This document shows positions 40,523 to 53,367 of a stretch of 64,000 nucleotides of DNA, one piece after another (within the stretch, counting starts at the first letter, position 1; the number at the start of each line of letters is the position of its first letter). Both the position numbers and the translations under genes were made by a program. The notes under the pieces were generated by a model that saw only the letters and a program-made list of their open reading frames with translations, was not told where the DNA came from and searched no databases. Source of the DNA: an uncultured Chloroflexia bacterium (GTDB lineage Bacteria > Chloroflexota > Limnocylindria > QHBO01); NCBI GenBank assembly GCA_963827475.1, contig CAWHAZ010000005.1, forward strand, positions 64,001 through 128,000, given 5' to 3'.

Positions 40523-41341
40523 GTGAATCGGTATACCGATGAGCTCGAGTTCGCGGTGCGCCTGGCCCGCGCGGCAGGGACCCTGATCCTCGAGTCGTAC
40601 GGGCGGGTGGGTCGCGTGCGGCACAAGAGCCGGCGCGACGTCGTGACCGAGGTCGACTACAGGTCCGAGGCGCTGATCGCCAAGCGCATCAAGCGCCGCT
40701 TCCCCGAGGACGGGATCCTGGCCGAGGAGGCCGGCGCGGACCGGGTCGGCGGCCCAGACGGGGCGCGGCGCTGGTGGGCCATCGACCCGTTGGACGGGAC
40801 GGTGAATTACGCGAACGGGATCCCGTACTTCTGCGTGTCGGTCGCGCTCATCGATGACCTCGTGCCGGCGCTCGGTGTCGTCTTCGACCCGCTCCGCGGC
40901 GACCTGTACACCGCCACCGCCAACGGCCCGGCCCGCCTCAACGGGGCGCTGGCCAAGGCCTCGACCAAGGAGTCGCTTCAGGACTGCGTGGTCAGCCTCG
41001 CCATCCTCGGCCGGGGCGGCCTGTCGCGGGAGCGGAAGATCGCGCCGGAGATCCGCATCCATCGCCGGATGGGAAGCGCCGCGTTGTCACTGGCATCGGT
41101 CGGCGCGGGGCGGTTCGACGCCTTCATCCAGAACGGCGGCCTGTCGCGGTGGGACGTGGCGGCCGCCGGCCTGATCGCGGAACGGGGCGGCGCGACGGTC
41201 ACGAACCTGGCCGGCGGGCCGTGGTGGCAGCCCAAGCGCGAAGGACCGGTCATGAACGTGATCGCGGCCCCGGAGCGGCATCACGCCGAGATCCTCCGCC
41301 TGCTCCGAGAAGCAGGGACACGGGTCAGGACCCGTCGCTGA
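40523..41341 (+). CDS. suhB: Inositol monophosphatase family protein
   Basis: VTEVD, ILAEE, IDPLDGTVNY, GSAAL, WDVAA. Confidence 0.88.
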   Translation: MNRYTDELEFAVRLARAAGTLILESYGRVGRVRHKSRRDVVTEVDYRSEALIAKRIKRRFPEDGILAEEAGADRVGGPDGARRWWAIDPLDGTVNYANGIPYFCVSVALIDDLVPALGVVFDPLRGDLYTATANGPARLNGALAKASTKESLQDCVVSLAILGRGGLSRERKIAPEIRIHRRMGSAALSLASVGAGRFDAFIQNGGLSRWDVAAAGLIAERGGATVTNLAGGPWWQPKREGPVMNVIAAPERHHAEILRLLREAGTRVRTRR

Positions 41342-41346
41342 CGCGC

Positions 41347-41928
41347 ATGAACACATCCCGGGCGCGATGGACGACCGCCCTGGCGATCCTGGTCGCCGTC
41401 ATGGGCTGCCAGCCGGCCACTGCTGGCCCCTCGTCCACGACTCCACTACCCTCCGCATCGCCGCGGAGCGGTGTCGGCCTGCCGCCCGACTGCCAGCGGA
41501 TCGACCTCCGCGATCCGGACGGGGCGCGGGTCGACCTCACCGGCGAGTGGGAGGCGACAGCCGCCCTTGCCGCGCCCGAAGAGCAGGTCTGGCTGCAGCA
41601 GATCGGAGACTGCCTCTACGGATCGGTCTTCGGCGTCTATCGTCCCGGCTCGGATGCCGCCGAGACTTTCGTGGTCGACCTCGGAGGTCCTCTTTCGACC
41701 GCTTTCACGATTGACATCGAGGTCGTGTTCGTCTACCAGGACGCGGCCTTCGAATTCGCGCCGTACAGCACGATGAGGATGATCATCGAATGGGATTCCG
41801 AGGGGCGCCTCCGCCTCCGCGAGGACCGCGACCTTAATGAGCGCGCCGGCAGGTGCGCCGCACAGGCCCAGCTGGACTGCCCGCCGCCCGTCATCTGGTA
41901 TCGCGCAGGCGAGGGCCCGCTGCCGTAG
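41347..41928 (+). CDS. Lipoprotein paralog, intact
   Basis: VMGC lipobox; GLPPDCQRIDLRDPDGARVDLTGEW...QIGDCLYG...LREDR...GRC...DCPPPV. Confidence 0.75.
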   Translation: MNTSRARWTTALAILVAVMGCQPATAGPSSTTPLPSASPRSGVGLPPDCQRIDLRDPDGARVDLTGEWEATAALAAPEEQVWLQQIGDCLYGSVFGVYRPGSDAAETFVVDLGGPLSTAFTIDIEVVFVYQDAAFEFAPYSTMRMIIEWDSEGRLRLREDRDLNERAGRCAAQAQLDCPPPVIWYRAGEGPLP

Positions 41929-41937
41929 GCAACCGGG

Positions 41938-42571
41938 TCACGCCCTCGACGATAGGGCCGAGCCCAGCATCGCCAAGGTCCGCGCCGTCGCTCCCCACAC
42001 GCGGTGGCCGGCCCAGCGGTAGACCCCTGTCCGCAGGACGACGCCCGGCAGCGTGATCTCCTCCTCGGTGATCCCGTCCTCGGCGAGGAGCCGATCGAGC
42101 GGCAACTCGACCAGCTCGGCTACTTCCTCTGAGCTGGGCGGCGAGGATCGGTCGCTCGTCGGCGACGGCCACGATCGGGACCAGCTCGAAGTTCGAGACC
42201 GGGATCCAGATCGGGTCGAGGCGGCCGACGACGCGAACCGCGGCAGGTGCCAGGCCGATCTCCTCGTGCGCCTCGCGCAGCGCCGTGTCCTCCAGGCTCG
42301 CGTCGCCCGGATCCACGGCTCCACCCGGCAGGCTGACCTCCCCGGCGTGAGCAGGCAGCGCGTCATGACGGACGGTGAGCGGGATGACCAGCTCCCCGTC
42401 GGCGGGGTAGATGAGCAGGAGAGTGGCCGCGGCGCGGGCGGTCGGGAAGCGGGACCGATCGAACCGCTGCCGGTCCTCCTCGGCCAGGGCCGGGTCGGGC
42501 ACCGCCCGCCGGGGCATGAGCCGCGGGTCCACCGGGATCGGTCGCGGCACGGCGGCCAGCGCATCGGCCAC
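41938..42571 (-). CDS. CoA pyrophosphatase (NUDIX, NudL-like); frameshift near 42135; start uncertain
   Basis: HAGEVSLPGG..D...TALREAHEEIGL; EEVAE; VWGATA. Confidence 0.88.
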
Positions 42572-42611
42572 CCACCCCTGCCAGTCTCCGTCAGCCCGTA
42601 AGATGGCCGCC

Positions 42612-43049
42612 ATGACCTCCGCTCCGCGCAGCCGCGACGAGTCAACCCGCGCCGCGCTGCGCCAGACGCGCATTGTGGCCAACCGGGTCGGCTTCAGCAG
42701 CGGGACGCGCAAGGAAGTGAACCGGGCGCTCGACACGCTCGAGGTGCAGCTCGGTCGCAACCAGGTGAACGCCATCGAGACGGCCCGTGCCCTCGAGCTC
42801 CTGAACCGCGCCCACCCGTCCCTGCTGTTCGGCCTCCTCCGCGACCGAGCGGTGGCCGAGCGCTACGCGGCCGCGCTCCGCGAGCTGGGGCTCCGCGGCG
42901 TCGGGCAGCGACTGGACGAGGTCCCGCACTCGGTCATGGCCGAGCCGATCCCTGGACCCACCGGCGGACGGCGCCACCGCGACGAGCTGCCGGCCGAGGA
43001 GCGGGTGGATGCCACCGGCCAGCTCCTGCCTCCGCCCCGCGCTCCCTAG
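42612..43049 (+). CDS. Hypothetical protein
   Basis: Well-coded ORF segment (MTSAPRSRDESTRAAL...) between divergent and convergent genes. Confidence 0.6.
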   Translation: MTSAPRSRDESTRAALRQTRIVANRVGFSSGTRKEVNRALDTLEVQLGRNQVNAIETARALELLNRAHPSLLFGLLRDRAVAERYAAALRELGLRGVGQRLDEVPHSVMAEPIPGPTGGRRHRDELPAEERVDATGQLLPPPRAP

Positions 43050-43884
43050 ACCCACGCGCTCCCCGGCCCTGCGCTCCCGCGTCCGCGGCGAGGGCGCCGA
43101 CCAGGGCCGCCTCGGTCGCCACCGAACCCACGCCCAGCCGCTCCGCGATGACCGCCGCCGCCGGCGGCTCGAGACCGGTCCCGCGTAGCGTCTCCCACGC
43201 CGACGCCCCAAAGACCTCGTTCGGCGGTCCGTCGAGGACCACCCGACCGGCGCGGAGCGCGACCACCCGACCGAAGGTCTCGGCCACGAACCGCAGGTCG
43301 TGGCTGATGGCGATCACGGTCCGGCCTTCCCCGGCCACCCGCGTCACGATGTCGCGGATGCGGGCCACGCCGGCCCGGTCCTGCCCGGTGGTCGGCTCGT
43401 CGAGGACGAGGATCGGTGTCCGCATGGCGAGGACGGAGGCCACGGCCAGCAGCTTCCGCCGCGCGGCGCCGAGGTCGTACGGATTCGTCGCCTCCTCGCC
43501 CTCCAGCCCAACGGCGGTCAGGGCGCCGGCCACCCCCTCGTCGAGGGCCGCACCCCGCAGGCCGACGTTGCGCGGCCCGAACTCCACTTCCTTGCGCACG
43601 GAGCCGGCGAAGATTTGGCGGTCCGGGTCCTGGAAGACGAGGCCCACCTGGGCCGCCAATCCCGCGACCCGCAGTCCGGACGCGTCGACCCCGTCGACCA
43701 GCACCCGACCCGAGGTGGGGCGGAGCAGCCCGTTCAGGTGACGAACGAGGGTCGTCTTGCCCGACCCGTTCTGCCCGACGAGGGCGACGGTCTCGCCTGG
43801 ACCGATCTGCAGGCTCACGCCGTCCAGGGCCCGAACCCCGCTCGGGTAGACGTGGGCCAGGTCCTCGAGGGTGAGCTCGATCAC
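43046..43884 (-). CDS. ECF transporter ATPase (EcfA/CbiO-like)
   Basis: GQNGSGKTT, VFQDPD.Q, LDEPTTGQD; last codons frameshifted. Confidence 0.88.
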
Positions 43885-44681
43885 GCGGGCACCGCCAGCC
43901 GGGCGGGATCCACGCCGGCGTCGGCCGCCAGCCGGCTGAGCCGGACCGATGTCGGCGGATCCACCCCCAACGCCTCGAGCCGCGGATCGGCCAGGACCGA
44001 TGCGGACGCACCCTCGAGGGCCACTCGGCCCTGCGCGAGGACCACGACCCGCGTGCAGATCGCGGCGAGCACATCGGTCTTCTGCTCGGCGACCAGGATC
44101 GAGGCGCCGCCGGCCGCCAGACCGGCCAGCGCGTCGGCGACGAGACGCGTCCCCGCCGGGTCGAGCATCGCCGTCGGCTCGTCGAGAACGAGGTGGCGCG
44201 GATCCATGGCCAGCACCCCGGCCAGGGCCACCAGCTGCCGCTGGCCGCCGGACAGGTGGTCCGGATCTCGTTCCGCCAGGTCGATGATCCCCACCGTCTC
44301 GAGGGCCTGCTGGGTGCGCATCATGACCTCGACCCGCGGCAGGCCGAGGTTCATCGGTCCGAAGGCGACCTCCTCGTAGACCGTCGAGCAGATGCCGCTC
44401 AGGTTGGCCGCGGCGAAGCCGATGCCGACCAGGCCCGCCAGCTCGGCAGCGGGCAGCGCGGCCAGGTTCCGCTCGTCGACCCGGACGCCGCCCTCCAGCG
44501 ATCCGCCCACCGCGCGTGGGGCGAGGCCGGCGGCCACCAGGCAGACGGTGGACTTGCCCGCCTCGTTCGGCCCGACCAGCCCGACGACCTCACCCGGGCC
44601 GAGGGTCAGCGAGACATCGGTCAGTGACGGGCGGGCCGCGCCCGGGTAGCGGTAGGTGACGCCCACCAGCGTGAGGGTCAT
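43881..44681 (-). CDS. ECF transporter ATPase (EcfA/CbiO-like)
   Basis: GPNEAGKST, LSGGQRQ, LDEPTAMLD. Confidence 0.88.
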   Translation of the reverse strand: MTLTLVGVTYRYPGAARPSLTDVSLTLGPGEVVGLVGPNEAGKSTVCLVAAGLAPRAVGGSLEGGVRVDERNLAALPAAELAGLVGIGFAAANLSGICSTVYEEVAFGPMNLGLPRVEVMMRTQQALETVGIIDLAERDPDHLSGGQRQLVALAGVLAMDPRHLVLDEPTAMLDPAGTRLVADALAGLAAGGASILVAEQKTDVLAAICTRVVVLAQGRVALEGASASVLADPRLEALGVDPPTSVRLSRLAADAGVDPARLAVPA

Positions 44682-45481
44682 GGCAGCCAGCCCGCCGCTC
44701 GCGCCAGGAGGAGCGCGGGCACGGAGAGGGTCATCAGCCAGCGCGCCACCCGCTCCCACCCACGATCGGCGGGCGCCCACAGCAGGGAGCGCCGGCCGGG
44801 GCGCGAGAAGCCGCGCGCCTCGAGGGCCATCGCCCGTTCCTCGACCTCCCCGATCGAGCCCAGCAGGACCGGCCCGACCATCGGGACGAGGCCGCGCAGC
44901 CGTCGCCACGGGCTGCCCTCGGTGTCGAGCCCCCGCGCCCGCTGGGCGTCGACGATCTGGCCGGCGCGCTCGACGATGGCCGGCACGCTGCGCACCGAGC
45001 TGCTGACCACGAACGCCAGTCGCGGGCTGACCCCCCGTCGCTCCAGGTCGACGACCAGCGAGCCAATGGGGGTGGTGAGGTAGAACAGGGCCAGGGCACC
45101 GGTGATGGCGACCAGCCGGACGAGCGTCTCGATGGCGTAGGCCAGGCCCTCGGCGGTGGCGGTGATCGGACCGATGCGGAACAGGACCGTGGAGCCGGAC
45201 GGGTAGAAGAACAGGTTGACGACCAGGACGCTGATCGCCAGCGGCAGCGCGAGCAGCAGTCCGACGCGCAGGAGGCGTGGCAGGACGCCGGCGAGCGCCC
45301 CCGGCAGGAGGACCGCGACCACGGTCAGCCCGACCGGGCCGACCACGCCGCCGAGGATGGTGGCATTGACGGCGGTGACGGTGGCCGCCACCAGCCGGGT
45401 GAGCGGGTTGAGCCGATGCCAGGCGGTCGGTGCGGGCGGGATCAGGAACGCCGGCGCCGCCGGCTCGGCGGCTGCGCTCAG
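44678..45481 (-). CDS. ecfT: ECF transporter T component
   Basis: HRLNPLTRL, DAQRARG, AMALEARGF. Confidence 0.88.
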   Translation of the reverse strand: MSAAAEPAAPAFLIPPAPTAWHRLNPLTRLVAATVTAVNATILGGVVGPVGLTVVAVLLPGALAGVLPRLLRVGLLLALPLAISVLVVNLFFYPSGSTVLFRIGPITATAEGLAYAIETLVRLVAITGALALFYLTTPIGSLVVDLERRGVSPRLAFVVSSSVRSVPAIVERAGQIVDAQRARGLDTEGSPWRRLRGLVPMVGPVLLGSIGEVEERAMALEARGFSRPGRRSLLWAPADRGWERVARWLMTLSVPALLLARAAGWLP

Positions 45482-46639
45482 CCCGTGCCCTCCGCGGTCG
45501 CGGCGGGCGGCGCTTCCGCGGCCACATCCTCGGGCGTTTCGATCAGCTGCTCACCCTGCGGGAAGCGGGCCTTCAGCCGGACCGCCATCGCGACGGTGAT
45601 GAGGTAGACGATGACGAACGTCGTCGCCTTGTCGATCGGATCGCTGATCAGGCCCTGCCCGGTGGTGGCCGCGTAGATGTCGACCCCCGCCTGCCGGAAG
45701 GCGGCGACCAGGAAGTCGGTGCCCAGCGCCGGTCACCCCGCCGAACACCCCGGCCGCGATCGGGGCGCTGATCAGGGCCGCCACGATCCCGGTCACCACC
45801 CCGGTCACCACCGCGTAGGCGGCGGTGATGTCGCGCCGCCCGAAGAGCAGGGCGAAGACCCCGAGCACGGCGGCCACGACCAGGAGCACCGCGATATAGC
45901 CCAGGACCAGGAACAGCTGGTTGTCGCTCGATGGCAGCGGGTTGATCTCGGTGTCGAAGATGAGCTGGTAGCCGACCGAGGCCAGCCACGCCAGACCGAT
46001 GATGATCGCGCCCACCAGCACTCCGGCGACCAGCAGCTCCCCGGTCGGGCGGTTCGGTCGCGGGCGCATCAGGCCGTACCGGCCCGCCAGCCCGGCAGCG
46101 ATGCCGATGAACGCGGCCACGACCGCGAAGGCCGCAGCCGGCGGGTACTGGAACGGCGGCGGGACGACGTAGGACCACAGGATGTTGGTCAGCGCCCCGG
46201 TTGCGGCGCCGGCGATCGGTCCGGCAAGGACCCCGACCAGGACGGTGCCGATCGAGTCGAGGTAGATCGGGATCTTCAGCGCGGCCGCGACGGTCTGGCC
46301 GAGGACGATGTTGATCGCGATCGCGAACGGCATGAGCACGACCACGCGCAACGTGAACTGGCGTGACAGTGAGTCCAGCCGCCCGGTCTGGATCCGCTCC
46401 AGGGCGAACGTCACCGCCGCCCCGACGAGCATCGCGATGGCGAGGATCAGGGCGAACGAGTTGGCCGCGGTGGCGTCGGCACCGGTGTTGGGATCAACAT
46501 CACCGCCCCCAAACCCCCCGACCGTGACGATGCCGACCGCGGTGGCGATCAGAAACGCCACCACCCCAGCCGCTACCCGGAACCAGCCGGTTCCGCCGCC
46601 CTGCTCAGTGGTCGCCGGAGTGGTCGCCTCGGTGGTCAT
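45478..46639 (-). CDS. ECF transporter S component (probably nucleoside/nucleobase-related); frameshift near 45725
   Basis: AIAINIVLG...LKIPIYLDSIGT..VGVLAGP..GA.TG.LTN; SDPIDK; next to a nucleoside hydrolase. Confidence 0.8.
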
Positions 46640-46666
46640 CGGTCTCCTCCTCCTGTCCTCGGCACG

Positions 46667-47632
46667 TCAGGCCACGGCCGCCGCGAGCCGCTCGAGCACT
46701 TCCTCGCGCATGGCCGGCCCGTTGATCGCGGTCACGACGTTCAGCATCGGTCGGGGATCGTCGTCGGCTGGGCGGATGGTGCCGGCCCGGGCCGGGTCGG
46801 CGTCGGTGTCGCACACCAGGCGGCCGTCGTGGGTGGCGGTCACCAGGTCCGGCCGCAGCAGCGCGCCGACCACGGTCACCGGGTCGTGGAGGTAACAGCC
46901 ATCGATCCCATCCGCCTCGCGGTGGTAGCCGACGTAGAAGCGGAGGGCGTCCCGGACGACGCCCGCCAGCTCCGTGTCTGGCAGGCGGTCGAGGTCGTCG
47001 AGGGTGAAGACCGCCTGCTGGGTGGCGTCCAACGGGAACACCCGGTCCAGCGCTCCGCCCGCGAGGCAGATCTCGGCCGCTTCGGGGTCCACGCAGGCGT
47101 TCCACTCCCCGTGCTCGGTGGTGTTGCCCCGGACCGACAGGGCTCCGCCCATCCAGATCACCTCCCGCGCGCCGCCGGCCAGGTCGACCCCGTTGTTCGC
47201 CGCCGACGCGACGTTGGTGAGCGGGCCGGTGGCCACGATCGTCATCTGCCCCGGGTGGCGGGTGAGGTGCGCTTCCAGGTAGCGCGCGGCCGGCACGGCG
47301 GTGAAGTCGGTCGTCTCGAGGACCCGCTGCTCCCCGCGCAGCTCGGCGTAGCCGGTGCCCGTCGGTCCGTGGGTCTCCGGCGCGGTCCGCAGCCGCCGGG
47401 TCAGTGGCCGAGCGGCGCCGATGCTCACCGGCACGTCGCCGCGACCCACCAGCTGGAGCAGCGTCCCGGTGTTGCGGGCCACGTGCTGGAGCTCGACGTT
47501 GCCCGCCACGCAGGTCACGCCCCGCAGGTTCAGCTCGGGGGCGGTGGCCGCGATGAGCAGCGCCACCATGTCGTCGATCCCGGTGTCGACATCCAGGATC
47601 ACCGGTCGCCGATCGGTCGAGGCGTCGGCCAT
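46667..47632 (-). CDS. Inosine/uridine-preferring nucleoside hydrolase
   Basis: DVDTGIDD, TGPLTN, MGG, EWN..VDPEAA, LHDP. Confidence 0.92.
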   Translation of the reverse strand: MADASTDRRPVILDVDTGIDDMVALLIAATAPELNLRGVTCVAGNVELQHVARNTGTLLQLVGRGDVPVSIGAARPLTRRLRTAPETHGPTGTGYAELRGEQRVLETTDFTAVPAARYLEAHLTRHPGQMTIVATGPLTNVASAANNGVDLAGGAREVIWMGGALSVRGNTTEHGEWNACVDPEAAEICLAGGALDRVFPLDATQQAVFTLDDLDRLPDTELAGVVRDALRFYVGYHREADGIDGCYLHDPVTVVGALLRPDLVTATHDGRLVCDTDADPARAGTIRPADDDPRPMLNVVTAINGPAMREEVLERLAAAVA

Positions 47633-47643
47633 TCGTCCGAATC

Positions 47644-48546
47644 CTACGCTGGCCAGCCACCGGCCTGGCCGACCTTGGAAGCGAGCGGCCGACCGAGCGC
47701 CTCGGCGACGTAGCGCGCCGCGGCCAGCACCCCGTCGAGGTCCACGCCATGCCGCAGGCCTTCGCGATCGAGCAGGTAGACGAGGTCCTCGGTGGCCAGG
47801 TTGCCTGCCGCACCCGGCGCATACGGGCAGCCCCCGGTGCCGCCGGTGCTGGCATCGAAGCAGCGGATGCCCAGACCGATGGCGGTCGCCACGTTGGCGA
47901 CCGCGGTTCCCCGCGTGTCGTGGAAGTGCATCGCCAACCGATCCGCGCCGATGCCGGCAGTGCCCAGGGCGTCCACCACTCGTCGGACATCGGCTGGGCC
48001 GGCCACCCCGATCGTGTCGCCGATGCTCAGCTCGTCCACGCCGAGCGCCAGCAGCCGCTCGGCGACATCCGTCACGGCGCGCTCGGCGATCGGTCCCTCA
48101 TACGGGCAGCCGAAGGCGGTCGACAGGTAGCCCCGGATCCACCACCCCTCGCGGCGGGCGTGGGCCACGACCGGCTCGAAGGCGGCGAGCGACTCGTCGA
48201 TCGACATCCCGATGTTGTGGCGGGTGAACGTCTCGGACGCGGCGGTGAAGACGCAGATCGCATCCACGCCGGCCGTGACCGCCCGTTCGAGGCCGCGCGC
48301 GTTCGGGACGAGGACCGGGTACCGGACCCCCGGCCGGCGCTCGAGTCTTGCCATGAGCTCGTCGGCGTCGGCCAGCTGGGGGATCGCGCCCGGGGAGACG
48401 AAGGAGGTGGCCTCGATCTCGCGCAGGCCGGCATCGGCCAGGAGCTCGATGAAGCGCAGCTTGGTCGCGGTGGGGATCGGCTGTGACTCGTTCTGGAGCC
48501 CATCGCGCGGCCCCACCTCGTAGACCCGAACGTCGGCGTGGGTCAT
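47644..48546 (-). CDS. liuE: Hydroxymethylglutaryl-CoA lyase
   Basis: EVGPRDGLQNE, HFHDTRG, GGCPYAPGAAGNLATED. Confidence 0.93.
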   Translation of the reverse strand: MTHADVRVYEVGPRDGLQNESQPIPTATKLRFIELLADAGLREIEATSFVSPGAIPQLADADELMARLERRPGVRYPVLVPNARGLERAVTAGVDAICVFTAASETFTRHNIGMSIDESLAAFEPVVAHARREGWWIRGYLSTAFGCPYEGPIAERAVTDVAERLLALGVDELSIGDTIGVAGPADVRRVVDALGTAGIGADRLAMHFHDTRGTAVANVATAIGLGIRCFDASTGGTGGCPYAPGAAGNLATEDLVYLLDREGLRHGVDLDGVLAAARYVAEALGRPLASKVGQAGGWPA

Positions 48547-48558
48547 GGCCGGCGCATC

Positions 48559-50574
<2,016 letters not shown>

Positions 50575-50596
50575 GTCGCGATTGTCGCGGACCGCG

Positions 50597-51394
50597 TCAG
50601 TCGGGGCGCGCCCTCCAGGACGGGTCGCGCTTCTCGAGGAACGCGGTGAGGCCCTCCTGGCCCTCCGGGCTCGTCCGCTGCCGTGCGATCGCGGCAATGG
50701 TCAGGGCCCGGGCCTGGGGACCGGGCTGTCCCCGCAGGCGGCGGATGAGCGCCTTCGCCTCGCGGGCGGCCGTCGGTCCGGCGGCGAGCAGGTCCTCCAC
50801 GGTGGCCGCGATCCGTTCGTCGAGGGCTGCCTCGTCTGGTGCGACTTCATGGACCAGGCCGATGCGCTCCGCGTGGGCGGCGTCGAAGCGACGGCCGGGC
50901 AGGAACAGCGCCCGGGCGTGCCCCTCCCCGATCTTCGCGATCGCGTACGGACCGATGACCGCGGGCAGGATCCCGAGCCGGGTCTCGGTGAAGCCAAACG
51001 TCGCGTCGGCCGTGGCCACGACCACGTCGGCCACCGCGCACAGGCCCATCCCACCGCCCAGGGCCGCCCCCTGGACGCGGGCCACGACCGGCACCGGACA
51101 GGTGTCGATCGTCTCGAGCATGGTCGCCAGGCGACCGGCGTCTGCCTCATTGGCGTCGAGATCCATGTCCGCCGCGGCACGCAGCCACTCGACGTCGGCA
51201 CCGGCGCAGAACACCGGACCGTCACCGGCCAGGACCACGGCGCGCAGGGCTTCGGCCGGTTCGTCGGCGAGGGTCGCGAACGCATCGGTCAGCGCCGTGA
51301 TCAGGTCTGCGTTGAACGCGTTCCGGACCTCCGGCCGATCCAGGACGACCCGTGCTACCGGCCCGAGCCGTTCGACTCGGAGAGGCCCGCTCAT
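50597..51394 (-). CDS. liuC: Enoyl-CoA hydratase (methylglutaconyl-CoA hydratase)
   Basis: RPEVRNAF, FCAGAD, ALGGGMGL, FTETRLGILPAVI; liu context. Confidence 0.85.
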   Translation of the reverse strand: MSGPLRVERLGPVARVVLDRPEVRNAFNADLITALTDAFATLADEPAEALRAVVLAGDGPVFCAGADVEWLRAAADMDLDANEADAGRLATMLETIDTCPVPVVARVQGAALGGGMGLCAVADVVVATADATFGFTETRLGILPAVIGPYAIAKIGEGHARALFLPGRRFDAAHAERIGLVHEVAPDEAALDERIAATVEDLLAAGPTAAREAKALIRRLRGQPGPQARALTIAAIARQRTSPEGQEGLTAFLEKRDPSWRARPD

Positions 51395-51431
51395 CGGACT
51401 CCCCTCATCGGACTCCCTCATCGGTCAGGCC

Positions 51432-52232
51432 TCACCGATGGCCGCGGTGGAACGGATCGGCGACGGCCCGGACGCTGCCGAGCAGCGGCTCGGTCAGCCA
51501 CCGCCCCTCGACCTCCTCGGGGAGCGGCGGAATCGGTCCACCCCCGCCGACCAGGCCGACCAGCAGTCCCCAGCCGGAGCCGGTATCGGCCTCCACCAGG
51601 TAGGCCTCGCGGATGCCGGGCCAGTCGCTCATCTCCACGGCAAGCTTCCGCTCGGTGTCCCGCGTCTCGGGTCCGGGCAGTCGCACCCGGATCGTGCTTC
51701 CGCCGGCGGACGAGAAGAGCGGCTCGTCGGTCCCGGGCATCCGGCCCGCAGCCAGGTCGGCGATCTCGTCGGGCTCGAAGCGATACGGGATCGGCCCGGC
51801 CGGGTCGAGGATGACCGGCATCCCGGCGGTGGCCAGGTTGCTCAGCGCGATTCGGGCCGGGAGAGCCAGCGAGCTGGAGCCGAGGGGCGACCACGCGGCC
51901 ATGGCCGCGTGCGAGCCGAAAGCCACGCTGACCGGGTTGCCATCGGTTCCGCGGCCGAGGAGCACCCCGACCTCGACCTCCTCCTCGTCGTCGACGGCCT
52001 TCTCCACCGCGGCATGTGCCTCCTGCTCGGTCCCGGGCGGGACGGGGAGCAGGAGCGTGGACGAGCCGATCGCCCGGTAGAAGGCCCGCAGCGGACCGGG
52101 ATCGTCGCCGCCCTCCGCGTCGCGAGCGGCGATGGCCGCCTCGTACAGCGCGGCCGAACTCTCCTCCAGCGTTCCGCTGGGGACGTCGCGCGCGTGCGAG
52201 CCGGGGAGCGGCCGCTCCTGGTCGTCAGTCGT
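51432..52232 (-). CDS. SseB-like protein; start uncertain
   Basis: LLLPVP...SVAFGSHAAMAAW...VILDPAGP...GIREAYL; fused to the upstream gene in the ORF track by a frameshift. Confidence 0.6.
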   Translation of the reverse strand, partial: TTDDQERPLPGSHARDVPSGTLEESSAALYEAAIAARDAEGGDDPGPLRAFYRAIGSSTLLLPVPPGTEQEAHAAVEKAVDDEEEVEVGVLLGRGTDGNPVSVAFGSHAAMAAWSPLGSSSLALPARIALSNLATAGMPVILDPAGPIPYRFEPDEIADLAAGRMPGTDEPLFSSAGGSTIRVRLPGPETRDTERKLAVEMSDWPGIREAYLVEADTGSGWGLLVGLVGGGGPIPPLPEEVEGRWLTEPLLGSVRAVADPFHRGHR

Positions 52233-52673
52233 CGTCCGTGCGCTCCGGTGGAGTGGTGGGCCAGGGGTCGGATGGCGTCGACGTGGAGGCCGGCGGGGTG
52301 GTCGAAGCGGGGATCGTGGGCTCCCCAGCGCGCTCCAGCGCGGACGCGGTCGCCGGAGTGCTCGCCGGCGCCCCGGCAGCTGCAGCTCGGCCGCAGATGC
52401 CGACTCGGCCGCGGGCGCCGACTCGGCCGCGGGCGCCGACTCGGCCGGTGCCGCCGCTGCTGGCGCGGCCGCAGCCAGAGCCTCTGCCGCCTCGCGGCGT
52501 CCGCGCCGCTGAGCGCCGAACAGGACCGTGATCAGGCCCAGGGCGGCGACGATGATGCCGGCCCACGGCTGATAGGGGTCGACGAAGTCCATCAGCGTGA
52601 ACTGGAGGTTGAGGTAGGGGAGCACCAGGGAGCCAGCTCCCAGGATGACGAGCAGGACACCGAAGCTGATCAT
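52225..52673 (-). CDS. Small 2-TM membrane protein with Ala/Pro-rich tail; frameshifted
   Basis: GGAGG RBS; two TMs; AAESAP repeats; tail ends in ORF 52225..52566. Confidence 0.55.
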
Positions 52674-52712
52674 GGGCGTGATCCTCCGTTTCGGGCCGGG
52701 TTTCGGTCCAGT

Positions 52713-53358
52713 CTAGCCATCCACCACACGCCGCTCCTGCAAACCGACGCTTTCCAGCTCGGCGCGCGCCAGCCGATCGTAGCGACCGCCGACGAAGTCG
52801 CCAATGGGGTCCGGCGACTGCTCCAGCAGGTCGGCATAGTCCAGCCGGTACAGCGCGCGGGCGGCGAGCACGCGTTGCAGGTCCGCGTCCGCCACCTCCG
52901 AGGCCCGCACGGCGGGCGACTGACGAATCGCGCGGTCACTCGGCGTTCAACTCCGACCACCGACGGCGCCGCCACGGGAGATACCGATTCAGCCACGGAA
53001 TGAGGGCGACCGCCACCAGCAGCAGTCCGAGCACGGCCGCGATGATGAGCAGCAGCCGCTCGAGGTCGGCACCGGCATCCACCAGCGGACCGCCAATCCC
53101 CCGGAACGCATCGCCCACCAGGTTGCCTGCCCCCTCGCCCACCAGCGGGACCTGGGACAGGATGCCCTCGAGGGTGTTCGCCGCCGACTGGAAGCTCTCC
53201 CCCGCGTCGCCGATGCTCGTCCCCACCACCGCCAACTCGGACAGCGCGTCGTACAGCGGGATCCCGAGGTAGGCCCAGAAGGCGACCCACACGGCGGTGG
53301 CGAGGTCCGCCACGACCTCCTGCGTCCGGCGCTTCGGGACCTCGCTCCAGACCCGCAT
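52713..53358 (-). CDS. Conserved-type hypothetical transmembrane protein; frameshifted
   Basis: Two TMs, YLPWR, continuation LAARAL...DPIGDF...LARAELESVGL. Confidence 0.6.
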
Positions 53359-53367
53359 CGGGGCAGC

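Noticed and set aside
51390-51424. Triple CTCATCGGACTCC repeat before liuC
   Set aside because: Looks like a local duplication of an RBS+ATG segment or an assembly slip; no further support.
51432-52673. Apparent membrane protein-SseB fusion (413 aa)
   Set aside because: The middle of the ORF is off-frame Arg/Pro-rich text; two genes with a frameshift fit better.
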